A DNA stretch of 63,932 nt, the filler included, from Porpidia crustulata (lineage: Eukaryota): assembly GCA_964255105.1 (NCBI GenBank). It is 10 parts of 10 records of this genome, joined end to end, with 100 filler letters (N's around TTAATTAATTAA, not from the genome) between each part and the next. Parts side by side here need not be neighbours in the genome. Positions count along the whole stretch, not along the records: positions 38,459 to 44,759 come from CAXUWE010001579.1; positions 44,860 to 51,155 come from CAXUWE010001580.1; positions 51,256 to 57,546 come from CAXUWE010001581.1; 7 more parts are not named here. One strand, 5' to 3'. This document shows, piece after piece, positions 38,604-51,785 of the stretch. The notes under the pieces were generated by a model. The model had not been told where the DNA came from and did not search any database. It saw only the letters and a program-made list of their open reading frames with translations. Positions within the stretch are counted from its first letter, which is position 1; the number at the start of each line of letters is the position of its first letter. Made by a program: the position numbers and the translations under genes.

Positions 38604-40019
38604 ATTTGTTGTTGTTTTTTTGGTGGATTGGAGAGGTTGGTGGGAGGTGGTAGATGGTAGATGGTGGGTTGTAGATGATGGGTATTTTGTGATCTGGGGA
38701 ATATTGAGTGAAGGTTTTTTGCAAGGTGGAGTTTGGAGGGGGGTGGAGTGAGAGTAGGAGGGTTGTGAGTGAATGGTGGATGAGCTCGTATTATTACGCC
38801 AACTTAATTTATCTAAATCACGCAGGAGCAAGGAATGAAGCGTCGAAACGGGACCCTGCCGATCGATTCATTCACTCGACGCCAACAAGCCAGTCACTCA
38901 ACCTGCAACGAATCAATGTCTATCGACGTGTCTCGGATCCAAGCTTTCACCAATAGCGGGTGAGAGTCAGGAGATTTGGTGGTGGATGGTGGGACGGGAG
39001 CGAAAAAGCTTGGAAGAAAGCTTGGGAAAGCTTGTTTTGGAGGGTGAAGAGGGGGCACGGGCCATGGTGATTTGGCTTGATTATGATTGGTTGGAATATC
39101 TAAATGGGAAGAAGGAGATTGATGAATCACTTGATTCTGATTCTGGTCATGGTAATTATTCATCGTTTTACTTTCTCTCTACAGGTGCTTTATCTCCCAT
39201 TCTGTGCAAGCGTGTCTTTCGCTTGTCGTTTCTATCAAATATGCTGGCTTATGCGGAGCGCATTCAGCTGAGCTGGTAAGCTGGGGATTGCTATAATGAT
39301 ATATGCAACAAGGAACGATATATTTGAGAAAGTGAATCAATCATTAGGTGTGGTTGTCTGAGCTGTGGATGGTGGTTGGAGGCAGATGCTGTGGAGATGG
39401 GGCCTTTGCGGGTGTACAGTCATTGCGCGTAAGTCTTATGGCTGAGTTCTTTTTTACGTCAAAGTCTTAAGACAACGTTATCAAATTCAAGAGACGAACA
39501 AATAATCACAATAGATTCCAGACCCCAGGATCGTAGCTTGAAGCGACAAATTTCTTATACAAAATTGCTTCAAAGACATCATCGTCGCACAACTACGCTT
39601 CTGCGTTTATCTAAGAACACCATGCAAAGAAATTCGAAGAAGTGAAACAGTTGATCGATTGTTTATTTAAATCACTCAGAAATTTCGAATTTAGTAAAAA
39701 TTAATACATATGAACGATAATTTTTTGAAAAATATTTGTTCTAATGAGGTGCAACGAAGACTGTTGCAAAGCTGCTCTATATGGCATAAGGATTTTCTCC
39801 TTCTCCATCTTCGCTTCCTCCAAACCCTCAAAATCTTCAAAACTTCTTCTGTCCAGGAACGTCATCTTCCTGGTTTTCCGTTTCAGTCCTTGAAGTGATG
39901 CAAAACAGTCCTAGTGCCCTTGTACGCTGTGTATCCCACGGAAACCCGCATTTATAAGACCATGTCTGATCATCAACTCTCGCAGCTCCACCGCTCTTCT
40001 AACAGACGCTTCTGTCTCT

Positions 40020-40404
40020 TAAATGAATGTCTTGACGAGCCATTTTACCCTGGACTGGCAGCCGAGACTCTCCGGAACAGATAATGTCCGGCTCAATAAG
40101 ACAAATTCGAGGTGCAATGTCAAAAGAAATCTTGCGCGTGCCCGAAGCTTGGCTTCTGAATACGATCTGGAGCAGTGTAGCTATCGATTTCGATGGAGAT
40201 TACGTTTTCATTGTTCCAGTAATCCGAAGCTTCCTCGTACAGCTAACAGCAAGCTATGAGGATGCGAGGAGCGTTGTTGGCCCTTGTTTTGGAGTGTAAT
40301 CTAATCAGATATTTGTGGACCAGGAGATACTTATAGATGTTATCGCGCACTTCGTATGGTAGGCTGAGAAGTGTTAGCAATTTAGTCGCTGCGATCCCGG
40401 CCAT
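40020..40404 (-). pseudogene. Disabled F-box-like gene
   Basis: LLSLPYEVRDNIYKYLL...ILIACC*LYEEAS..NENV resembles the common ...CRQLYEEA...EN.F motif with TAG in place of Q; further stops or a frameshift downstream. Confidence 0.5.
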
Positions 40405-41099
40405 ATTGAATTGCCTTAGCACGTCCACAACTCTTGGTAGGCCTATGTTTCGTGGCGACGATCTTACAGACGGTTTTATCATGAAGAGAGGTAAGATGCA
40501 AGATTGCTTGAGTAAGCGCATTGGTGCAAGACTTTGCTATTTGCGTAGGCTGCTAAAGATAATTAAAGACAAGGGTCGGTAGAGAAGCTTGCAGAGAATC
40601 GACAATGTCTTCTCAACCACATCTTAGCGTTCTGTTGTGAAATATTAGTGAGCCTTTGATGAAAGGCTCTGGACAAGCACAGTGCCAGTCGTCAAGCCGG
40701 CTGATAGTCCGCTAGAAGCGGCATTTGGCAGAGAAGATTGTTGGATGCCGACAGGCTTTGTCGGCCTCATTCTGGTGCATGATCGCCCAGCATCACCTGA
40801 AAGAAAACAGCAACAAGGCAAACTTGGCATTATGCAAATCTCAGTCGTGCAGCCATAGCTATTGTTCTGTATCTGAATTGCTTCAGATAAGGATCAATGA
40901 CAGTAAAGATATAAGTAGTATGGCTGTCCTGTATGTCTACCCTTTTCATTCCAGAAAGTCCAAACCATCCCACGCTGATACCTAGTTCTCTACCTGTCCT
41001 GTGGTAATAATTGCATTGATTCTTAAGAGTTTCAAATCACAATCACACGTACTGTTGCTGCCTTCGACTTGACTGTATCCTGGATCTACCTCTTCAAAA

Positions 41100-41639
41100 A
41101 TGTCTGAGAATCCTTCAATTGTCGCTGTCTCGGTAAAGGGAGAAACTTCCGGCATCTCTAAAAACCAACAATCATCCATAACCCTCCTCGCTGACCAAGG
41201 CATCGAGGACGATATTCACCAGCAGAGAAACGAACGTGAAGTGTCCTTGCTACGGAACGAGGACTTGGACGAGCTAAACAAAACACGCACAGGGCTTGGT
41301 CCTTTGGCCCCCGGGCAGCTCGGAGAGAATATAACGACCCGCCACTTAGAATTGCAGATCTTGATGAAAGGCACTAAGCTCCGTTTCTTTCAGGACACCG
41401 CATCTGAGAACACCCCTGTGGTTACCATTACAGGTATGCGTCGGGCGGGTCCAAAGATTGAGAGCTATGAAAAGGGGTTGAAGGAAAAGTGTGTATCGAA
41501 GGACACAGATGGGAAAGAGGTGGGCAGTAAGCTCGGAGTATTTGGGGTTGTAGATGTTGGTGGAAAGATAGAAGAAGGCATGCAGATTGCGGTGGAACAG
41601 CCAACTGAAGACCCCAAACCGCTGGAATTTCTTAATTGA
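41100..41639 (+). CDS. MOSC-domain (pyruvate-kinase beta-barrel-like / YiiM-like) protein, intronless
   Basis: SK....SITL....GIE.D.H, LAPGQLGENITT, GTKLRF, VVTITG.R, GLKEKC, GVFGVVDVGGKIEEGMQI. Confidence 0.75.
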   Translation: MSENPSIVAVSVKGETSGISKNQQSSITLLADQGIEDDIHQQRNEREVSLLRNEDLDELNKTRTGLGPLAPGQLGENITTRHLELQILMKGTKLRFFQDTASENTPVVTITGMRRAGPKIESYEKGLKEKCVSKDTDGKEVGSKLGVFGVVDVGGKIEEGMQIAVEQPTEDPKPLEFLN

Positions 41640-42746
41640 TGCTTTTCCTTAGTAAGCGAAAGACAGATCTTGGGCCCATGTATGCTTGTACTCAAGCCAA
41701 AGCACAAAATTTTCTCGGAATGTAGCATAGATTTGGTTTGAAATATCAAAGGTTTAGCAAACCCCTTCTGGCTCTCAACCTCAGAAAGATGACCAAAATA
41801 AGTCAAAGACACGTATGATTTTGGACTGCCTCTTTATATATTTGAAAGTCAACGTATCCTTACATTACAGCTCAAGAGTGTCACAAGCTTCTCCATTGCG
41901 CATTATAATCATCCGATGAACAAGCCAAAATCCTTGTTATGAAGGGTACAGGCTATGCCGAGTCGCTAATTGGATAACGAGAAACTTGACAATTAAATCT
42001 GGTGTATGATACGATAGCTCAGTATAGTCGTTGTAAAAGCACATAAGAAAATGTGCGATGATAGATGGAAACCTCGCGACGACAGAACAAATATTAAAGG
42101 AAGGGCCGGAAAACAAAAATGGAGGAACTATAGAGAATATACTTCACGGCACGTAGTAACCCGAGAAAGCCACTGCAATATTACTAGGATTTATGAGCTG
42201 AGCATTGGGACGATTTGAAGTGCACTGGCGTTGACTCTCTGGCGCTGCCAGCACGGTATCGTTCCAGATCCCCTGGATTTTTAATGATTGTCGCAAACCT
42301 TATTGCTTTAAGTTCTATCATCCTGATAGCAAGCGGTTAAAGAGTAACGATGAGCGTTATTCGTAGTATGCCAATACTGAGGGATAGAACACAGCAAAAG
42401 GCCTGGGATGTTGAGCGTGAAAGAATGGTTAAATGCCTAATGTGGAATAGTATCTTTATCAGCCTCTATCTTACTAGTATCTTTTCGGCAATAAATGTCT
42501 TACGTAATCCGGCTTTCCAAAAGTTTTGTCCGAGGCGGTCCCCACATTGATATTTGAGAGCTTGACCGACCAAACTTCACACAGAAATAAAAATATTTTA
42601 TGAACAATGTCTCAAGAGCTTCACCAACAGAGCAAGAACAGTGATCAATTTCCCGTCTATGATTAGCATTTTGATCTATAGCATCATTTGACAGTTCGCA
42701 TCCTAAATCCAAATCTGAAACCATCATCTTCATACATAACTTGATC

Positions 42747-44495
42747 ATGGCAGACATTGCAACTCCCTCGGCAGCCACAATGTCGACTATAGATGCAGGC
42801 GCTGAGTCTGTGACCAAAACTCAGAAGGCGAAGCCCGAGAAACCGGACGAGCAAAAGTACAAGGAAGACTTGGCAAAGGCTGAGAAAGAGCATGCTGTAG
42901 CGCAAGAGAAAGTGGTATGTCAATTCGCAACGTCCAGGAGAAGATATAGCCATTGAGAGCCGAAGTCTTGGCATCCAATTCTAATCCTATGCTGACAATC
43001 TTGCATGTAGAATGCGATCAAGGCAAAGATCGATCTAGCGCAACCATCCAATAGGGACTCTCCATCGGGCAAGAAGCAGCAAGAACTTAGGGCTCAGCTA
43101 CAGACCATAAAACAACAACAGTCCGGATTCAAATCGTCGAGAGGGGGGATACAAGAGAAAATTGCGACTCTCGACGCCCAATTAAAATCTCGTATAGCGG
43201 AACAAAAAGTGGCTCGAGGTCGTGTGCCGTATAAGAATGTGGATGAAGTCGACCAGCAGATCCAACGCCTTGAAAAGCAGGTCGATACTGGCACCATGAA
43301 ACTCGTTGACGAGAAAAAAGCTTTGGCAGAAATATCGAGTTTACGAAAGCAACGAAAAGGCTTTGCCGGTTTCGATGAAGCCCAGAAGGGCATCGATGAT
43401 GTGAAGGGTCAAATGACTGAGCTTAAGAAGACTTTGGATAATCCAGAAGCAAAGGCTTTGAGCCAAAAGTATGACGAAATACACCAGGAATTGGCAAGTA
43501 TCAAGGCCGAGCAGGACAAAGCGTACAGCAGTCTCAGTTCTCTTCGAGACGAACGAAGTAAGCTCAATGAGGACCAGCAAAAGAAGTATGCTGGCATGCG
43601 GGAAATCCGGGATCAATATCACAAGGCGCGCATGGCGTACCGGGATTATGAGCAGGAGCAATATAGGATCCGCCAAGAGAAGCAAAAGGCCGAACGTGAT
43701 GCATACCAAAAGGAAAAGCGAAGGAAAATTGCAGAGAAGAAATTAGAAGAGGCCAGTGAGCCGGCGTACATGGACGAAATATTGACGGCTGAAGGCTTGA
43801 TCCGCTACTTTGATCCTTCATCGCCAGAATCTGCCAAATCACTAAGAGGTCCTAGTGGATTTGCGGCTGAAGCTCAACGAAGTATTGACGACTCGGGCAT
43901 CAAAGGCACGAAATTGTCAAAGAAGGACGAGAATGAAGACATGTACTTCATGGGCACAGGCGGGAAGAAGGGCAAGAAAAGCAAGAAAGGGACCGCCACA
44001 GGCTCGCCAGCCCCCTCGACACCGACAGAAGGAAAATTCAACCTAACCATGGGCGTTATTGAGGAACTTGCAAAAGTCAACGTCGAACCACCCATGAACC
44101 AAGCCGGCGTCCCCGCCGCGGTAGATAAGCTGAAACAAAAGCGTGACGCTTGGAAAAGCGAACAAGACAAGAAAACCAAAGACGTAAGCATCCACTCCAT
44201 CATCCGAAACCCCAAACAAACGAAATTCCCCGCTAACCTGAACCCCACCCAGAACATCGAAAAAGCCCAAAAAGAAATCGACCGCCTCGAAGCCGAAGCG
44301 AGCGAACTCGCCCAACCGCCGCCCCCGTCCTCGTCCCGAAGAACCCACGATTCCGCGAAGAAACCATCCGTCAATAACCAAGTCGTCAATGGCACCTCGT
44401 CCGCCAACGCGGAGCTGGCGCAGGAAAAGGACGCGGTGGCCGACGTCAGCGAGGAGTTGAAAAAGGCGGAGATTGAAGATAAAGCGGAGGAATAG
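42747..44495 (+). CDS. BFR1: Nuclear segregation / polysome-associated coiled-coil protein Bfr1 (exons 42747-42914, 43011-44183, 44253-44495)
   Basis: KPEKPDE..YK..L, VPYKNVDEVD.QI.RLEKQVDTG.MKLVDEKKAL.EIS.LRKQRK, ASEPAY.DEI, YF.GTGGKKGKK; two canonical introns. Confidence 0.85.
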
Positions 44496-47400
44496 AACCT
44501 TTCCTTTGTGCTCGACGATCCGTTGTGGGGGTTTTATAGAAGATTTGGCAGGACGGGTAGAATGAGGGTAGAATAATGAAGGTGTTTGAATCCGCGGAGG
44601 GAGGTTTGCTACTTGGTCTGCATGTAACCGCATGTCGCGTTTGCGCGTTCGTGTATGAAGATCTGCAATGGATCTATGGCCAGGTCGTTGAAACCGATCA
44701 TCAAAATCTTTACACTTCTTGTATACATAAAAACGTGATTTTTATGACTGCTGTAAATGNNNNNNNNNNNNNNNNNNNNNNNNNNNNNNNNNNNNNNNNN
44801 NNNTTAATTAATTAANNNNNNNNNNNNNNNNNNNNNNNNNNNNNNNNNNNNNNNNNNNNGGTGGTGGGGGTTGGGTTGGTAGATGTGATAGTATCTTCCT
44901 TCGAGTAATTGGCTGAGGTAATATGTTTAAAGACCGTCTCCCGTTCCAACGTCAGTGGGATTCAAACAGTGGTGGCATAGGACTTGGTCTGGCGAAGTCA
45001 TCCGGTGCTTCCAAAGTGCGTTGTTAGATCGATATCCTTTGTTGCACTTTCCGCACCATTCTATCATTCTCCCTCTTGGCGTTGTGGAGTTGTTATGCTC
45101 TTATTCCGTGTCAAGGAGGTGAGCGTCCCACCGGTAATGCATCTTGTGGAGGCGTGGTCTCGTGGGGATCTGATGGCGACCTCCCCCCGCGTGCTGATTG
45201 GTGTAAAGAGCTGAGAGGAGGCGGCTATGAGTTTGTGAAGGTAAGGGGAAATGATGCTGCAGAGGACGCTAAAGTCGTGCTTGGAGTTCTTTCAGTATTT
45301 TTGTTGAAATCGTCGGATTCTTGGGCGACTCGCTTACTTAACGGTCGAGTTCCTGGTGATCCACTGTAAGGGTATGGGAAAGAAATTTAGACTTCCCCGG
45401 GAAGGTTCTTTATTTTTCGTCGCTCGTCTATGATCCACAAAACCGAGTAGTCAAGCAGTAGTCGGGATGGGCCAAGTGATCTCTCTGGCGAAAGGGAAAT
45501 TTAACAGCGGACCAAAAAAGACAAGAACGCTAGGTAGACTTGTACTCGTGTATTTAAATTTCTACAAAACAAATTTTAACTCGTAAATGAGAAGTATTGA
45601 TCAAGACTTGTAGTTTATGAGAAAGAAGTTCGCGGTGCTAGTAGAACATCATATTTTGAAGCCAGAAGGGGTAAATTTGTGTATTGAATTTGAAAAGATC
45701 TTCGTAAGCATGAAATCTTGACAGCAAAGGGTTTTCTGGCGATTATGTGGTTCGACATAGGCCATTAGGTACTGTAGACGATCAATTCCGAAGGCATAAA
45801 GTTCTGAGTCTAGGCTTTTTGTGAATCGTGTTCGTAAACCTCGTACGTACGAATACTGAAGCCAGGATCTTACAGTCCTTGTATCTGCTACTGCCCAACG
45901 TGAGTATCAGGAATCAAGTCCTCAACTTCCTATGGGGAAACTAGGGAAGCATTGACGAGGATTAAGTTGTAAGCAAGTTATGAGTTGGCCGTGGCTGTAC
46001 ATAACAGAGTCTTAGCATGCAGCCACCTATTCTGACAGCAGCTCCTGGATATTTTCAACTGATCCAGCTTTGGCTGCACGGACTGAAGAGTACAGCATGA
46101 GTAAACAAGACTTAGTACAGAATTGAGCGAGGGGATGATCGTCCATCATTATCGCCGAAAAGGTTCTTCCTGGCTGAGCAATGTTGGCTGCCAGTATGGC
46201 GCGGCCTTTTCATATGAACAGAAAATGTTGAGAAGTAACGTAGCGGGAACGACGCATCTGAGTAGGATTGATTCGCGAGATTCTGAGAGTGCGTGGTTGA
46301 TGGCTATCAGATTCGGTGACATGAGAGGCTTGTACTGAGACGATGCGAAAGAAGTCTCGGAAGTGCGATGAAGCTATAAGATCTGGTCAATATGGCGCTT
46401 GTGCTCCAAGTAGCGAATGATGGTCGTTGAAAGGAATGGTTGGAACTCGGAAAATGTGCCATGAACAGCGTCCGTACCGACAACGTTCAATATTCTAGAC
46501 TGGAAACAGCAAGATAAAATGGCAGCTGTATACTTGTGATTAAAGTGTGTAGTCTCTTCAAAGGATTATAGCGCATGAACGACGGCAGTAGCAAGACGAA
46601 GCAGAGGATCGAATTATCTTAGGATCGGCGAGATGTTGTGCTGGGGAATATGAAATTTATGGTAGGACGGTTTGCGCTGCTGCGGTCATAGACTTGTCGG
46701 AAGAGAGCAGATAAAGGAGATACCCATAAGTTCCGTTCAGGTGGGATTTTCTTTTCCCCTGTACTCGAACCCCCCTGTAAACGCTCTATTTAACTTGAGA
46801 TTACATAGCATATTAGCAATACTGTCTCGCCAGCCATCATGGCCAAGAAAGATACACGTCTGGCGTTTGCAGCGAATCATGGCCCTTTTGTTACGGCAGC
46901 GATCTTAATCGTGAAAAAGCAAGAAGAAAGGTACATAGCAGGTTGAACATCATACCGTACATGAAGAGTACCGGATCGACTAAAGTGTATAGGGGAAATG
47001 GAATGGAGTCTGGGGAAATCATATAAATTCATAGAACATGTCTTAGATGACGACACACCACGACGAAGCCTGTGGCTTTTATCTTCCGCTCTACTCTCTA
47101 CTCAAATTCTTCTCACATGTCTAAATCGAATTGTTCTTCGTTCAATCCTGGATTCCGTGAGCAGCTCCCTCTACTTTGGCTGCACAGAAGACTTGACTCG
47201 CCAAAGAATATTATACAATAAAAGAATTACAAAGCCTGGAGGGCAGGAGCTTAGTAATGGTTGTAAAGCACCATCCGCATCCTTCCGGAAAGCCTGAGTC
47301 AGATTACTTTGTTATTGAGGTCTTGGAAAGGCTCTTTGACGGGTAAGGTAGAAGACGGCATGCTGTGCCGTTATATTCCAGGGAGGCGGCCAAGAGGAAC

Positions 47401-48872
47401 CGATAATAGGTACTGTCAGATTCTCGACTTTTGCACGTTGCAGCTGAATAAGATATAAGGCGAGGGCATTAAAACCACAATGCGGTTGATCCGAGGACTG
47501 CTGCCACCAACTCACGGTACTTGAGCGTACAAGAACAGTATCAGTGGTTCAGGAACGGTCACAGTCTTGCCCTAGCGCAATATCGAGGGTTCAATGACCT
47601 CATCTGGGCTCGGAGCAACGCTAATTGCAGCATCTGCTCAGCTTTCAACTAGCAAGAAAGTGTAGGCTTGACTTACCTTGGGCAGTAGTGGTACGTGGAA
47701 AGCTCTTCAAACATCATCAGCTATGTTAGAAATGGATAGCGATCCCGGCAAAGTCGGGAGCTGTCCGAAAAGACACTGAACGACTTTCTAGCCTTCCATC
47801 TCGCGGCATGTGTTGATTTGGGTAGTCAATATGAGAAAACTCCTATATGTTCGCATCCAGCGGGTCCACGAGTGGCGATATTTGCCCGCGGCCCGAAGAA
47901 AGCCGTCAAGGCCGCGTAAATATGAGATGAACATCTTTCCAATTTCTGGGTACAACCAGCTGTCGGAGGATCCTGAAGCTGACGAACGCCCTCTCAGTGA
48001 TAAACGTGGATTAGATCTTGCGTGTTGCACAACATGACGCAGGCAGGACAGGTCACCCACCAACTGCCAGTCAGTTCTCGTGGGACATGATGCCATCCAA
48101 TTATTGGTGAGGGGAATGGTATTATTCATATATTGTGTTCTCTTGTCTTACTTTGCATTTGCTGCAGGGAAGAATCGGAAGTATTGAAATCGCCCATCTA
48201 GGATCTAGCGTCATCGTCGGAGAATCCGGGGAGCCCGATCGAGTAACCCTGATCCCTGATCCCTGTGAGAATCGCTGTCTTGGAATCCAATGTTGATTCG
48301 TTTCATCCTCGTCATCCTAGTTGCGTAGACGATCATTGGCCGCTTGTTCATCTATAAGGCTGACACAAGGTTTGGTTTGTCAGATGGTGACGTCTCGGCA
48401 TCAGCGATCCAACCAAAAGCTTCGATAGCTTCAAAGCCCCACCCAGAAAATGCTGTGAAAGAATAGCCGACGCATGTTTCGTTCCGAGAGAAGAACCTTT
48501 TTGCTTGCTTGGCCTTGCCTTGCCTGATCTTAGTATTTCCACGTACTCACCAATTCACATGAGTTGACAATGAATGATGAAGTCATTTTCCGGCAATGCG
48601 GTACGCGGCCTCGAGTGGGGACGCTCCTTCTCGTATTCAATCTGTTCGCTATTGCACTGTGGAGACAATAGTCTATCCAATGATTTTAATGCGTGACTGA
48701 TGGGTACATCATTTGCCTCTCGTTCCGTACCTTTTGCCTCTTGCTCAGGGACCAGCCTGTGTACCGATTCCGTCCTATAAGTTGTTTCTCCCTGTCATCA
48801 CATTCGTTTCCTTAATTCTTCGTTTCCCTGCTTCACCAAATCACTCGTTTCAGAATCGGCAACAGCATCAGA

Positions 48873-50445
48873 ATGTATGCCAGTGTAGTCATCACGTCTG
48901 GCCTCCTGGCAGGTCTGGTTGCTGCAGCTCCAGCTCCAGCTATCTCCGCAGCAGTAAGTCCCAGCGCCCACTTTCTCACGGCATCCAGATCGAAGTAAGG
49001 CATTGACTCAACGATAGTCCATCACCGACATTGGATATTCTGGTGCATCAGATCCGAATGCCATCCAATCGAACGGTCCCTCCGGCGGTATAGCCACGTC
49101 GTTTGCTCCAGATTCAACCATTGAGGCTCAAGCTACCAGCGCACTTGCCACTCCCCCCATCATAAGTAGCCAAGTCACTGGTCCGACCAGTCATGGACCC
49201 TTTGCTGGGACTCCAACCACGACTGGAGCTGAGCAGGGACCTGCGACTCTTGCAGCATCGATAGGGACCTTGCCTCCAAATCCCACTGCCACTTATTACA
49301 ATACTAATGGCAAAATCTCGCACGCTGAGCCAGCTCCATACACTCCGGCTGGTGGTCTCGGTACCGATGGCAGTCTCCCTCGTTATATGGTCGAGAGTGA
49401 CTTCGATTTCGAATCCATTACCCTCGGTCTCTACCAGGAGTGGATCGAGCTCGACACGTTTCACAATGGTCTCGCTGTGTTTGACGAGCACGCTTTCCTA
49501 GACGCTGGTCTCACGGCTGAAGATCGATCCTTGATCGAGTTTATGGCGGACCAAGAATCTGGGCATGCCACCCTTCTATCGAATATGCTTGGAGAGAGTG
49601 CTCCTCCCCAATGCACTTACGACTTTCCCTACAACACCGTTCGCGAATTCGTCGACTTCAACCAGCGTCTCACTCGCTTCGGTGAGTCTGGGGTATGGGG
49701 CTTTATCAACCATCTGGACTCGCGTGAGGTCGGTCAATTACTGGCACAGTCCATTGCAACCGAAGCTCGGCAACAGATGATCTTCCGCCAGATGAGCGGC
49801 TTGCAGCCAATGCCCGTCTGGTTTGAGACTGGTATTCCTCAGAGCTGGGCATGGAGTTACTTGGCCCCATTCATCACATCGTGTCCTGCCAATACCACCC
49901 GTCTGGCATGGCAAAACTTCCCCGGCCTTCATTTTGTAAATGGCGCCAACATCAATCGTTTCTCGCCCAATGACACTGGTAGCTATGAGTATCGCGACAA
50001 TCGTACTTCCAGTCCATCACTCTCTACCATTCCAGCCAATCAGAGTTGCGAGAACGTCAACGTTACTGGCTACGGTTGTGGCCCAGCCATCAGCCGCAAC
50101 CGCTCTGAGCCTCTTTCGTTTGCAGGAAAGAAAGTTTATATGGAGTGGGAGAACCCAGGCCAGGCCGTCGGACCAAACAACAGCTATATTACGTCGAGCT
50201 CCGCTGGCGCCCCCGTGTTCGCGGCATGGGTTTCGCAGCTAAACTTGACCTACACGCCAGTCACCAAGACCACCCCCAACTCGGGCTTCACCTTTCAACC
50301 CGATTCTCTCACTTATGCTGGCGATCCAGCAACAAATGGCACCATGTTCGTTGCCCTCACCGACTCTGACCTTTTCCTTACCCCATTCAATTTGTCGATG
50401 ATCAACCCTCATGTTGTTGCATTAGGTTTGTATCAGGCTGGTTAA
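48873..50445 (+). CDS. rds1: Stress-response protein Rds1 (secreted, ferritin-like domain); intron 48954-49017
   Basis: Signal peptide MYASVVITSGLLAGLVAA; SDFDFESITLGLYQEWIELD.F, MADQE.GHAT, TRFGESGVWGF, ATEARQQM.FRQ, YQAG C-terminus. Confidence 0.85.
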
Positions 50446-51785
50446 ACTTTGAAGATGGGTTTATCTGATATAAGATGAGAAAGGAGGAAACATAATAACA
50501 ACATATTTAATGAGTAGTCTAATCGGTATGATATACGATATTGCTTGCATAGATAGCGTTGCATGGAATGAAAAGTAATCGCAATTCTATATATCTACAC
50601 CTATCAAGTGATGCAATTACTATGCTTCTCAATTCCTTTAGCCGCACTGGAATCGGCTTTGATGGCCAAAGTTTGCAATTGTTGGGTATCCAGTTTCGTC
50701 GACTTGCGTTGGATAATGCTAGTTTTTACCAGAATCGTTACAGTGTCAGAGAGATCATTTTTTGGGCCTTCAGAAAGTCAATGGCATGATTTATTTTTGA
50801 TTCTTCAACGAGTGTATTGGAGCATTGAAAAGAAAGCCTCGATCTGCCAGCGTTATCACTAATCTCCCTCTGATATGCGGACCAATCAAGCCGGACGACT
50901 GAGCAACTAATTCAGCTAGCGTTGAGATATTTGCGACCAAGTTCTCGCTCTTTACCAAAGTACGCGGAGTATTAATCAGTCCGCCAATGGCCACAATGGA
51001 GACTCTCACCTTTACCTGTCTGTTCAGGCATTCTGATGATACCTTGGGAGACTTGACTACCAGTCTTCAACGACAATACCCCCATCTCCGAGTCGAGATC
51101 CACACCCTAGCATCGACTCACCCACCATGCCTCGACCCTCCACCGCCATCCTCCCNNNNNNNNNNNNNNNNNNNNNNNNNNNNNNNNNNNNNNNNNNNNT
51201 TAATTAATTAANNNNNNNNNNNNNNNNNNNNNNNNNNNNNNNNNNNNNNNNNNNNGTAGAGACCGGTGGTGGGGTTGAGGGTAAAGTTTGTGCGGAACTG
51301 GGGGTGAAGTTGGTTAATTGGGCGGAAATGCAGGTAAGGGAAGGAAGGGGAGGTGTACGCCGTGGCGGGTTAGGTAGATGGTTGTTACGGGCATGATTCG
51401 CAAAGCTAGAGATTGTTTACTAAAGAGTGTCTAGATATCGGATCTAGGAATTTGAAAGGAACGTGAGAAAGGCCGTAAGAGTAAGGGAAAATTATGTACT
51501 GCTCGTCGTGCTCGTATAATAAGGTACTTTACTCTGACAATTTCTTGACAAAGATTGCCGGAATTCGTACCTCGGTATCGAATCAGGGTTATCTAATCCT
51601 TATCAATCTACTGAAGCGAGATCCCCTGATCGCTGCATCTAATCTTCAACCCTATGACGCTTTTCTCCCTTATTCTACTCAACTGTTTATCGGTGACAGG
51701 TGAGCCTCGTCTGTTACGATTACACTGAGAACGAGTCCAGATAAACGCTCTCCAAATTGGTCGCTGCTATTTAGTGATTCTATGA

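Noticed and set aside
44880..45370. RIP-inactivated ORF on the minus strand
   Set aside because: Stop density is about that of random sequence, and any stop codon can be read as C>T, so there is no real evidence.
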